NCBI RefSeq assembly: GCF_000619845.1
Contig: NZ_JHUX01000003.1
Location: 1,030,064 to 1,062,063 of the forward strand
Direction of reading: 5' to 3'
Source of the DNA: Alkanindiges illinoisensis DSM 15370
Lineage (GTDB): Bacteria; Pseudomonadota; Gammaproteobacteria; Pseudomonadales; Moraxellaceae
DNA: 32,000 nt
The position numbers and the translations under genes are program-made. How positions within the stretch are numbered: position 1 is the stretch's first letter; each line of letters starts with the position of its first letter. Shown here piece after piece: positions 1-8,538 of this stretch. Under the pieces are notes generated by a model. That model was not told the origin of the DNA. It did not search any database and worked only from the letters and a program-made list of their open reading frames with translations.

Positions 1-1429
1 TGCTGCGGAATACGGTGATCTGCTCCAAATGATGCTGAACGGCATGGATTTGCCGGAACAACCCGAAGCACTGATTTTGCCTGCAACCGGCAATGCCCCA
101 AAAACTGCTGGTGGCGCTGGTGTGGACTTGCTACCAGATTCAGCAGTCATGTGTTCCTGCAACAACGTGACCAAGGCTGATTTATGTAGTGCGATTGGTG
201 CCGGTAACACCACGCTGGCCAGTTTGAAAAAATGCACCAAGGCAGCCAGTTCCTGTGGCGGTTGTGCGCCTTTGGTCACTCAGGTTTTAAAATCCGAGCT
301 GAAACGTCAGGGTGTGACCGTCAACAATCATCTCTGCGAGCACTTCCCCTACTCACGTCAGGAAATTTACCATCTGGTGCGTGTGGGCAAAATCCAAAGC
401 TTTGAAGAATTGCTGCACAAGCATGGCAGCGGTCTGGGCTGTGACATTTGCAAGCCAACCGCATCCAATATTCTGGCCTCCTGCTGGAATGATTTTATCC
501 TCAAGCCACAGCATGCTGGCCTGCAAGACAGCAACGACTACTTTATGGGCAACATCCAGAAAGATGGCAGTTACTCCATTGTGCCGCGTATTGCTGGTGG
601 CGAAATTACTCCCGAAGGCCTGATTGTTATTGGTCAGATTGCCAAGGATTATGGCCTGTATACCAAAATTACCGGTGGCCAGCGTATTGACCTGTTTGGT
701 GCCCAAGTGCATCAATTGCCTGAAATCTGGGAAAAATTGATTGATGCTGGCTTTGAATCCGGCCACGCTTATGGCAAGTCGTTGCGTACCGTGAAGTCCT
801 GTGTAGGTAGCACCTGGTGCCGTTATGGTGTGGGTGATTCGGTCAAGCTGGCGATTGATCTGGAAAACCGCTACAAGGGTCTGCGTTCTCCACACAAGCT
901 GAAAATGGCGGTATCTGGTTGCACCCGCGAATGTGCCGAAGCGCAAGGCAAGGATGTGGGCGTGATTGCTACTGAAAATGGTTGGAACCTGTATGTATGC
1001 GGCAATGGCGGGATGAAACCACGCCATGCCGAACTGCTGGCTGGCGACTTAAGCACTGAAGACCTGATCAAATATATTGACCGCTTCTTTATGTTCTATA
1101 TCCGCACTGCGGATCGCCTGCAACGCACCAGCGTCTGGCGCGACAATCTGGAAGGTGGCCTGGATTACCTAAAAGACGTAATTATTCATGATTCCTTAGG
1201 TCTGGGTGCCGAGCTTGAAGCGGAGATGGCCATCATCATTGCCACTTATGAAGATGAATGGAAAAACGCCGTTACCAACCCGGAAGTTCGTCAGCGTTTC
1301 CGTACCTTTGTGAACAGTGCAAAAGTAGATGAGCATATTGAATTTGTCGCTGAGCGCGGCCAGATTCGCCCAATCACTGTTGATGAGCGTGCTGCACGCA
1401 AACGTATTCCAGTGGTTGCAGAAGTTTAA
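1..1429 (+). CDS. nirB: Assimilatory NAD(P)H nitrite reductase large subunit NirB, C-terminal ~475 aa (5' end lies outside the window)
   Basis: The reading frame is open from nt 2 with no stop before the listed ATG at 29. It has a BFD-like 2Fe-2S motif (CSCNNVT...SSCGGCAP). It also has the siroheme/4Fe-4S cysteine cluster (SCVGSTWCRYG ... VSGCTRECAEAQ). Stop at 1427-1429. Confidence 0.93.
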   Translation, partial: AAEYGDLLQMMLNGMDLPEQPEALILPATGNAPKTAGGAGVDLLPDSAVMCSCNNVTKADLCSAIGAGNTTLASLKKCTKAASSCGGCAPLVTQVLKSELKRQGVTVNNHLCEHFPYSRQEIYHLVRVGKIQSFEELLHKHGSGLGCDICKPTASNILASCWNDFILKPQHAGLQDSNDYFMGNIQKDGSYSIVPRIAGGEITPEGLIVIGQIAKDYGLYTKITGGQRIDLFGAQVHQLPEIWEKLIDAGFESGHAYGKSLRTVKSCVGSTWCRYGVGDSVKLAIDLENRYKGLRSPHKLKMAVSGCTRECAEAQGKDVGVIATENGWNLYVCGNGGMKPRHAELLAGDLSTEDLIKYIDRFFMFYIRTADRLQRTSVWRDNLEGGLDYLKDVIIHDSLGLGAELEAEMAIIIATYEDEWKNAVTNPEVRQRFRTFVNSAKVDEHIEFVAERGQIRPITVDERAARKRIPVVAEV

Positions 1430-1527
1430 TTGATTAATAAACCCCTCCAACTCCCTGATAAATAGTGCTGGAAATCTCCTCCCTTTATTAAGGGGAGGTT
1501 GGGTGGGGTCAAAAAAGAGATGCCAAA

Positions 1528-3123
1528 ATGAATCAAATGGTTAATACATGGATTGAGGTGTGCGCCTTAACAGAAATTGCTCCAGATACTGGCGCCTGTG
1601 CCCTGATCAATGGCCAGCAGGTTGCGGTTTTCCGCATGCGTGAAGATAACCGGATTTATGCCATTGGTAATCATGATCCGGCCAGCGGTGCCAACGTGCT
1701 GTCTCGCGGCATTGTCGGTGACTTGCAGGGTGAGCGCGTGGTGGCCTCGCCCATTTACAAGCAGCACTACAGTCTGGCTACGGGGCGCTGTATTGAAGAT
1801 GCCCAATATCAGGTGCCTGCCTATCCGGTGCAAGTGGTCGATGGCACTGTTTTTGTAGGTAGCATGCCGCAAAAAACCTATATCACCACGCCACAGGCCC
1901 GCGAAGAAAAAATGCGGCTAGTGATGGTGGGCAATGGTCTGGCTGGCATGCGCATGCTCGAAGAGCTGCTGGAAATTGCGCCCGACCTGTACGAGATTGA
2001 AGTGTTTGGTGCCGAGCCACATGGCAACTACAACCGCATCATGCTCTCACCTGTGCTGTCTGGTGAAAAAAAGCTGGATGACATTATGCTGCATCCGCAT
2101 AGCTGGTATGCCGAGCGTGGTATTACTTTTAACGCTGGCGATGAAGTCATCAAAATTGACCGTAAGCGTCGTCTGGTCATTGCCAAATCTGGTTATACCA
2201 CTTCGTATGATCGTCTGGTGATTGCAACAGGGTCTTCTCCAGTAGTTTTGCCATTGCCCGGCCGTGAGCTGGATGGGGTTACTACATTCCGTGATATTTA
2301 TGACATCAACAAAATGATTGATGCTTCAGAAAATTACCAGCATGCCTTGGTCATTGGCGGTGGCCTGCTCGGTCTTGAAGCAGCGCATGGCTTAAACAAG
2401 CGCGGCATGAAAGTCACCGTGATTCATTTGATGGATCGCCTGATGGAACGCCAGCTGGATCATGTTGCGGCTGACATGCTGAAAACCACACTCGAACAAC
2501 GCGGCATGCGCATTGAACTCAGCGCGCAAACTGAAAAGATTCTGGGCAGCGAACGTGTTACCGGAATTTTGCTAAAGGATGGCCGTAAAATTCCGGCTGA
2601 TCTGGTGGTAATGGCGGTTGGCATTCGTCCCAATATCGAACTGGCCAAATCTGCCGGTCTGCACTGTGAACGTGGTGTGGTGGTGAATGACATCATGCAA
2701 ACCTTTGACCCGCGTGTGTATGCCGTAGGTGAATGTGTGCAGCATCGCGGTATTGCCTATGGTCTGGTTGAACCGCTGTGGGGTCAGGCGTTTGTTTGTG
2801 CAACCCAGTTGGCCGAACGCGGCAGCATTCAGTATCGTGGCACGCAGCTTGCTACTCAATTAAAGGTGAGTGGTGTTGAAGTGTTTTCTGCTGGCAATCT
2901 TGAAAGCGATGAAAGCTGCGAAGACCTGGTGATCCGTGATCCAAAACGTGGCATTTACAAGCGCCTGATCCTGAAAAACAACCATGTGCAAGGTGCTGTG
3001 CTATATGGCGATGCGCGTGATGGTTCATGGTATGCCGAACTCATCAGCGAACAGACCGACATCAGTTCTATCCGAAACCGCCTGTTGTTTGGCCGCGATT
3101 TTGCCATGAAGCAGGCCAGTTAA
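1528..3123 (+). CDS. Fusion protein: N-terminal NirD-like (Rieske-fold nitrite reductase small subunit) domain plus an FAD/NAD(P)H pyridine-nucleotide-disulfide oxidoreductase (nitrate reductase electron-transfer subunit type)
   Basis: Residues 1-110 resemble NirD (WIEVCALTEI...GQQVAVFR...YAIGNHDP...VASPIYKQHYSLATG). The rest has two Rossmann GxGxxG motifs (MVGNGLAGMRM and VIGGGLLGLEAA) and resembles the N-terminal ~400 aa of NirB. No BFD or siroheme domain is present. Confidence 0.85.
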   Translation: MNQMVNTWIEVCALTEIAPDTGACALINGQQVAVFRMREDNRIYAIGNHDPASGANVLSRGIVGDLQGERVVASPIYKQHYSLATGRCIEDAQYQVPAYPVQVVDGTVFVGSMPQKTYITTPQAREEKMRLVMVGNGLAGMRMLEELLEIAPDLYEIEVFGAEPHGNYNRIMLSPVLSGEKKLDDIMLHPHSWYAERGITFNAGDEVIKIDRKRRLVIAKSGYTTSYDRLVIATGSSPVVLPLPGRELDGVTTFRDIYDINKMIDASENYQHALVIGGGLLGLEAAHGLNKRGMKVTVIHLMDRLMERQLDHVAADMLKTTLEQRGMRIELSAQTEKILGSERVTGILLKDGRKIPADLVVMAVGIRPNIELAKSAGLHCERGVVVNDIMQTFDPRVYAVGECVQHRGIAYGLVEPLWGQAFVCATQLAERGSIQYRGTQLATQLKVSGVEVFSAGNLESDESCEDLVIRDPKRGIYKRLILKNNHVQGAVLYGDARDGSWYAELISEQTDISSIRNRLLFGRDFAMKQAS

Positions 3124-3229
3124 AGTCATTAACCCACTTAAGCAACCAACAGATGATGAAATACAGGGATGTAGTTATTGGCACTGTTCGAGCCACGGAT
3201 GGCGAGTTTGCCGATAACGAAGAGTTTTG

Positions 3230-3253
3230 GTTACTTTTGCTCTCAAAAGTAAC
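3230..3253 (+). promoter_or_regulatory. Perfect 10-bp stem / 4-nt loop hairpin in the 204-bp nasA leader
   Basis: GTTACTTTTG (3230-3239), loop CTCT, CAAAAGTAAC (3244-3253). These are exact reverse complements. No U-tract follows, so this is not a canonical terminator. Confidence 0.35.
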
Positions 3254-3327
3254 GCTTAGCGCAGCGTAATCCCTTTTAGATTGATGCGCTGCCAAGACAG
3301 CTCAACTGAGAGAATCAAGGAATATCC

Positions 3328-6171
3328 ATGAATAGCATCGTATCCAAACCAATTACAGTACATCAAACATTGGATACTGCTCAAAGCACGCATACCACCT
3401 GCCCGTATTGCGGTGTGGGCTGCGGCGTGGAAGTCAGAAAAACCAAAAATAGCCTGACCCACGACCATCAGGTTAATGGCATTGCCAGCCATCCAGCCAA
3501 TCAGGGTCGCTTATGTGTTAAAGGTAGCAGCCTGGCTGAAACCATTGGCACCAAAAGACGTTTATTGTTTCCACAGTTTCAGGCCAACGGCCAAACTGAA
3601 CAGGTGTTATGGTCGCAAGCACTGGATAAAATTGCCACTACCTTTAAAGCAACCATTGAGCAGCATGGCGCAGATAGCGTGGCTTTTTACGTATCGGGCC
3701 AGCTACTGACTGAAGACTATTATGTGGCCAACAAGTTTGTAAAAGGTTTTCTGGGCACCGCCAATATCGACACCAATTCACGCCTGTGCATGTCCTCAGC
3801 CGTTGCTGGACACAAGCGCGCTTTTGGTGAAGATATTGTGCCCGGCTGCTACGAGGACTTTGAACTGGCCGATATGATTGTGCTGGTGGGTTCTAATACC
3901 GCATGGTGCCATCCGGTGCTATTCCAGCGCATTGCCAAAGCCAAGGAAAGTAACCCTAATCTATGCGTGGTGGTGATTGATCCACGCCATACCGCTACCT
4001 GTGATATTGCAGATATTCACTTGCCCCTATTGTCTGGCACCGACGTTGCCCTGTTTAACGGATTATTGCACTGGCTTCATCAGCATGAAGCACAGGATCA
4101 CCAGTTTGTAACTGCACATACACAAGGCCTGTCAGACGCTCTTAAGCAAGCTGGCGAGCATCGCGATACCAGAGCGCTGGCAGAGCTTTGTGGTGTGCAA
4201 TTACAAAGCCTTGAGGCTTTTTTTGACAAATTTGCTAAAACTGAAAAAGTCATTACCCTGTTTTCCATGGGCGTTAACCAGTCCAGCCAGGGTACTGACA
4301 AAGTCAACAGTATTATCAACTGTCACCTTTATACCGGACGCATTGGCAAACCCGGTATGGGGCCTTTTTCCATGACTGGCCAGCCCAATGCGATGGGTGG
4401 CCGTGAAGTGGGTGGTTTGGCCAATATGCTGGCAGCACACATGGAACTCAATAATCCGGTGCAGCGTGACCGGGTGCAGCGCTTCTGGCAAAGTCCGCTG
4501 ATTGCCTCTGAAAATGGTCTTAAAGCGGTTGAGCTGTTTGAAGCGGTAGAAGCAGGCCGTATTAAAGCCATCTGGATCATGGCCACTAATCCGGTGGTCA
4601 GTTTGCCCAATGCTGACCAGGTAAAGCGTGCCCTCTCCAACTGTGATTTTGTGGTGGTGTCTGATATTACTGCCAAAACTGACACCACGGCGTATGCAGA
4701 TGTGCTACTGCCCGCACTGGGCTGGGGCGAAAAAGATGGTACTGTTACCAATTCAGAGCGCTGTATTTCACGTCAGCGTGCATTTTTAAATCCTCCCGGC
4801 GAAGCCATGCCGGACTGGTGGGCCATTAGTCAGGTGGCAAAACGCATGGGATTTGGGGCCGCATTTGATTATCATCATCCGTCAGAAATTTTTGATGAAC
4901 ATGCCCGGCTTTCAGCCTTTGAAAATGTGAGCAGCGATCCAGAAACGCATGGCGTTTCCGCTGCGCAAGGCGAGAACTTTGCTCGAGCAGTGGCTGATCA
5001 AAAATCCACCACAAATTTTGATTTTCGCTACTTTAATCTCAAGGGCTTATGTGGCTTAAGCAAGCCCGCTTATGATGCTTTGCCGCCCCTACAATGGCCT
5101 GTATTGACGCCTTATCAGGGCACTAGCCGGGTATTGACCAATAACCGTTTTTCCCATCCAGATGGCAAGGCCCGCTTTATTAGCGTTAAGTATGAACCAC
5201 CGCGCAATAAGGCCAGCCGTGATTACCCGCTTGCCTTAAATTCCGGGCGTATCCGCGACCAGTGGCATACCATGACGCGCACAGGTCTGGCACCAACGCT
5301 GGGCTCACATATTCCAGAACCTTTTATTGACATGCACCCCAACGATGCCCTGCTGTTTGGCATCAAGCAAAATGAACTGGCACGCCTGCACTCGCAATGG
5401 GGAACACTGGTGGCACGGGTGCAATGCTCCGGCAATATGAGACGTGGGCAGGTGTTTGTTCCCATACACTGGACAGCGCAAACGGCTTCGGATGCTCGGG
5501 TGGGCGCGCTGGTCAATCCGGTGGTTGACCCCATCTCTGGCGAGCCTGAATTCAAGCACACACCGGTTCGCATTGAGCCATTTCATGTGCAATGGCAAGG
5601 TGTGGCCTATAGCCGCTATGCGCTTAACCTCGAACAGGTAGCTTGGTGGACACACATTCAAACACAGGCTGCATCGCGTTATGAACTGGCTGGCCGGCAA
5701 AAAATCAATACAGTTTCCGAACATAGCAAAGCACTACTGCTCAGCCATCCGGCACTGGCCGAAATGGTACACAACAATCAAGCGGACTGGCTAGAATACA
5801 GTGATCACAGCAGCGGCATTTATCATGCAGCCATTATGGTAGACAGCCAGATTCAGGCTTGCATTTATATTGCCCCGCGTGAACTATTGCCCAACCGGGA
5901 ATGGATTGCCAGCCTGTTTGTCAAATCTCGCCTCAGCAGTCGTGACCGTATGGCAATTCTGGCTGGTGCACCGTTAGGTAGCACCAATGATGCCGGGCCG
6001 CTGGTCTGCTCCTGCTTTAAAGTGGGCAAAAATACCATTTTAAATGCCATTCGGGAAAAAGGCCTGACCACCCCCAAAGAAGTAACTGCCTGTGTCAAAG
6101 CAGGTGGTAATTGTGGATCCTGTGTGCCAGAGATTCGCACGTTAATTGCTACCTGTCTGGTGGAATCCTAA
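3328..6171 (+). CDS. nasA: Assimilatory nitrate reductase catalytic subunit (molybdopterin/bis-MGD oxidoreductase) with a C-terminal BFD-like 2Fe-2S domain
   Basis: N-terminal 4Fe-4S motif CPYCGVGCGVEV...C. Long molybdopterin oxidoreductase body. C-terminal CSCFKVGKNTI...AGGNCGSCVPEI. Upstream AAGGAA is a plausible RBS. Confidence 0.93.
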   Translation: MNSIVSKPITVHQTLDTAQSTHTTCPYCGVGCGVEVRKTKNSLTHDHQVNGIASHPANQGRLCVKGSSLAETIGTKRRLLFPQFQANGQTEQVLWSQALDKIATTFKATIEQHGADSVAFYVSGQLLTEDYYVANKFVKGFLGTANIDTNSRLCMSSAVAGHKRAFGEDIVPGCYEDFELADMIVLVGSNTAWCHPVLFQRIAKAKESNPNLCVVVIDPRHTATCDIADIHLPLLSGTDVALFNGLLHWLHQHEAQDHQFVTAHTQGLSDALKQAGEHRDTRALAELCGVQLQSLEAFFDKFAKTEKVITLFSMGVNQSSQGTDKVNSIINCHLYTGRIGKPGMGPFSMTGQPNAMGGREVGGLANMLAAHMELNNPVQRDRVQRFWQSPLIASENGLKAVELFEAVEAGRIKAIWIMATNPVVSLPNADQVKRALSNCDFVVVSDITAKTDTTAYADVLLPALGWGEKDGTVTNSERCISRQRAFLNPPGEAMPDWWAISQVAKRMGFGAAFDYHHPSEIFDEHARLSAFENVSSDPETHGVSAAQGENFARAVADQKSTTNFDFRYFNLKGLCGLSKPAYDALPPLQWPVLTPYQGTSRVLTNNRFSHPDGKARFISVKYEPPRNKASRDYPLALNSGRIRDQWHTMTRTGLAPTLGSHIPEPFIDMHPNDALLFGIKQNELARLHSQWGTLVARVQCSGNMRRGQVFVPIHWTAQTASDARVGALVNPVVDPISGEPEFKHTPVRIEPFHVQWQGVAYSRYALNLEQVAWWTHIQTQAASRYELAGRQKINTVSEHSKALLLSHPALAEMVHNNQADWLEYSDHSSGIYHAAIMVDSQIQACIYIAPRELLPNREWIASLFVKSRLSSRDRMAILAGAPLGSTNDAGPLVCSCFKVGKNTILNAIREKGLTTPKEVTACVKAGGNCGSCVPEIRTLIATCLVES

Positions 6172-6221
6172 GTACTCATGTTAAAAATACAACGATGACT
6201 AAAACATCTTAAATCACTGGC

Positions 6222-6938
6222 ATGAGAATGACATTAGAAACTGTAGCTGATGAACTTGGTCTAACTGAGGGATTAGTTGAAGATGGCTTCGCTAAGCACG
6301 AATTGAAGGTCAGCATTGTCATTCTGGCTGGTGGTCGTGCCACACGGATGAATGGTCAGGATAAAGGCTTGGTGCTGTTAAAGGGCCAGCCGCTGGCAAT
6401 GCATCTTTACCGGCAAATTGAGTCTTTAAGTGATGATATTTTAATCAATGCCAACCGTAATCATGCGATCTACCAGCAATTGCTGCCAGCTTGCCAAATC
6501 ATTAGTGACCAATGGCCGGACTTTAAAGGCCCGCTGGCTGGTGTACACAGTGCGTTACTGCATGCCAAACATAACTATGTGCTGATCATCCCCTGTGATT
6601 TACTGATATTGCCCAAAGACTGCATTAGCCAGTTGTGGCAAGCCATGCAGAAACAACATAGCAAAGTTGCTTACGCCAGCTTTAACCGGCAGGCACTCTA
6701 TCCCCTTTGCCTGCTCCATTGCAGTTTGCGTAATAGTCTGGAACAGGTACTTGCCAGTGGTCGCCATGCGGTGCGGCACTGGCTGTTTGAGCAACAGGCA
6801 GCAGTAGCCGAGTTTGCAGTTGATAACATTTTGCCGCTGAATTTAAACACGCCAGATGATGTGGCACTGGCTGAGCAATGCTATGCTAGCGAAATATCTA
6901 ATTTTTCAAACCATTTTGATTCAGGAGTAAAACAATGA
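6222..6938 (+). CDS. mobA: Molybdenum cofactor guanylyltransferase MobA
   Basis: ILAGGRATRMNGQDKGL matches the MobA N-terminal nucleotide-binding signature. The ~30-aa leader before it is longer than usual, so the true start could be downstream (for example the in-frame TTG at 6303). The stop overlaps the moaA start (ATGA at 6935-6938). Confidence 0.8.
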   Translation: MRMTLETVADELGLTEGLVEDGFAKHELKVSIVILAGGRATRMNGQDKGLVLLKGQPLAMHLYRQIESLSDDILINANRNHAIYQQLLPACQIISDQWPDFKGPLAGVHSALLHAKHNYVLIIPCDLLILPKDCISQLWQAMQKQHSKVAYASFNRQALYPLCLLHCSLRNSLEQVLASGRHAVRHWLFEQQAAVAEFAVDNILPLNLNTPDDVALAEQCYASEISNFSNHFDSGVKQ

Positions 6939-8002
6939 CTGCTTTAGTCACCACTGTTCACCCTGAATCCTTAAAAGAACTTTTACTCCATAACTCAGCG
7001 TCATCACTTGTAGACCAGTTTGGTCGGCATAAGCACAAGTTACGCATTTCCCTCACTGATCGTTGCAATTTTCGCTGTAGCTATTGCATGCCGGATCAAC
7101 CCGACTGGCTGGCTAAAAAAGATATTTTAAGTTTTGAAGAATTATTAAAATTTGCCACTGTGATGGTGAGTATGGGTATTCGCCATATTCGTTTAACTGG
7201 CGGCGAACCCTTAATGCGCCAAGGCGTTGTTCACTTTATCCAGAGCCTAAACACCTTAAGAAAAAGTGGCCTGCAACGCATTTCCATGACCACCAATGCC
7301 TATTATCTCAAGAAATACGCCCATGACCTGAAACTGGCCGGCCTTGATGACCTAAATATCAGTCTGGACAGCATTAATCCGGCAACTTTTCTACACATGA
7401 CCCAGCGACCATTACAGCCTGTGCTGGACGGCATACAAGCCGCGGTTAATGCAGGCATTCCGGTTAAGCTGAATTGCGTGATTGTGGCTGGCCAAAACGA
7501 GCATGAAATTGTAGAACTCACGCAATGGGCCTATCAGCACAATCTACCCTTACGCTTTATAGAATATATGCCACTGGATGCACCCACTAACTGGCAGGCG
7601 GGCAAGGTCATTACTGAAGACCAGATTATTGGCATGCTTGCCCCGTATTTTCATATTGAAAAGCAGCAGCGCCTGAATGATCCAGCCACCATTTATCAGC
7701 TTATTCCTCTTTTCCCTAATGAATCTGCCACTCTAAAATCCCCGTTTGAACTGGGCATTATTTCCACCATTAGCAAGCCATTTTGCCAAACTTGTGACCG
7801 CTTGCGCCTCACTGCCACGGGCGAGCTATTTACCTGTCTGTTTGCCAATAGCGGCACCGCCATTCGTCCCTTATTGCAACAAACCAATAGCGCCTTATTA
7901 CAACAGGTCATTCTGCAAGCGGTCTGGCATAAAAAAGCCGGATTTATTGCTCAACAGCAAGCACCAGTACGCAAGATCAGTATGCATGCCATGGGTGGTT
8001 AG
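6935..8002 (+). CDS. moaA: GTP 3',8-cyclase MoaA (radical SAM)
   Basis: Radical-SAM motif CNFRCSYCMP. C-terminal second-cluster cysteines (CQTCDRLRLT...GELFTC). C-terminal GG. Confidence 0.93.
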   Translation: MTALVTTVHPESLKELLLHNSASSLVDQFGRHKHKLRISLTDRCNFRCSYCMPDQPDWLAKKDILSFEELLKFATVMVSMGIRHIRLTGGEPLMRQGVVHFIQSLNTLRKSGLQRISMTTNAYYLKKYAHDLKLAGLDDLNISLDSINPATFLHMTQRPLQPVLDGIQAAVNAGIPVKLNCVIVAGQNEHEIVELTQWAYQHNLPLRFIEYMPLDAPTNWQAGKVITEDQIIGMLAPYFHIEKQQRLNDPATIYQLIPLFPNESATLKSPFELGIISTISKPFCQTCDRLRLTATGELFTCLFANSGTAIRPLLQQTNSALLQQVILQAVWHKKAGFIAQQQAPVRKISMHAMGG

Positions 8003-8004
8003 CC

Positions 8005-8268
8005 ATGATTAATCCAAAAGATCATCCAGTTGAATGGGCTTTATTTCTATATGAACTTGAAGATGCCGAAGAGCATTTAAAAAACTTAATTATGCAACTT
8101 CACTCTAAATCAGATATCGATGAGATGGAGTTTAAAACTCACCTTTTTCATGTGTATGAGCACTTAAATCGTGCGTGGCATAGCAGAAATACCATTGGTG
8201 AAATTTCCAGTGCTCAATGGCAAGCTAATAGTCAGTTTCCAGCCAGTCTTAAACTTTTTAAAGATTGA
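8005..8268 (+). CDS. Hypothetical 87-aa acidic, probably helical protein inserted between moaA and moaD
   Basis: The ATG lies 2 nt after the moaA stop, and the ORF ends 18 nt before moaD. G+C is clearly lower than in neighbours: I counted 16/60 and 21/60 in nt 8041-8160, against 32/60 in moaA nt 7381-7440. I recognise no family. Confidence 0.55.
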   Translation: MINPKDHPVEWALFLYELEDAEEHLKNLIMQLHSKSDIDEMEFKTHLFHVYEHLNRAWHSRNTIGEISSAQWQANSQFPASLKLFKD

Positions 8269-8286
8269 AAAATAGGTAAATGCGTT

Positions 8287-8535
8287 ATGTCCGAAGTTAT
8301 TTTTGAATTTTATGGCCGCCTTGAGCGTCTGGCTCATCAATCGGAAATCAGCCTGAAACTGGATACCCCCGTTTCTATTGAAAACGCATTACAACAACTG
8401 GCTGAGCTTAAGCCTGACCTGAGTGAAAACCTGGAGCGCTGTGCCTGTGCCATTGGTGATGAATTGGTGTCTCGTTCCATGCTGGTAGACGCCAACACCC
8501 GTGTGGCTTTACTACCTCCTGTAGCTGGAGGTTAA
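8287..8535 (+). CDS. moaD: Molybdopterin synthase sulfur-carrier subunit MoaD
   Basis: 82 aa, ubiquitin-like size, C-terminal ...PPVAGG diglycine. Sits immediately upstream of moaE. Confidence 0.9.
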   Translation: MSEVIFEFYGRLERLAHQSEISLKLDTPVSIENALQQLAELKPDLSENLERCACAIGDELVSRSMLVDANTRVALLPPVAGG

Positions 8536-8538
8536 GTC

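Noticed and set aside
353-1027. A 224-aa antisense ORF inside nirB. Many similar ORFs from the six-frame track are embedded in nirB, the NirD-reductase fusion, nasA, cyoB, dnaB, rplI, the ATP-grasp gene, the WYL gene and the M48 gene.
   Set aside because: Each lies wholly inside, and antisense or out of frame to, a gene with strong motif-level support. They have odd, low-complexity composition and no recognisable family or RBS. They are typical shadow ORFs.
1520-1531. A mini-ORF ATG-CCA-AAA-TGA (M-P-K-stop) overlapping the ATG at 1528 as ATGA.
   Set aside because: It has only three codons. The nearest SD-like sequence is ~22 nt upstream. It is most likely coincidental.
6172-6221. I looked for a Moco riboswitch upstream of mobA/moaA, and also upstream of moaC at 9873-9994.
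   Set aside because: The spacers are short or lack the extended conserved stems I associate with the moaA motif. I cannot run a covariance model, so this is a weak negative. An Rfam Moco_RNA_motif scan would settle it.
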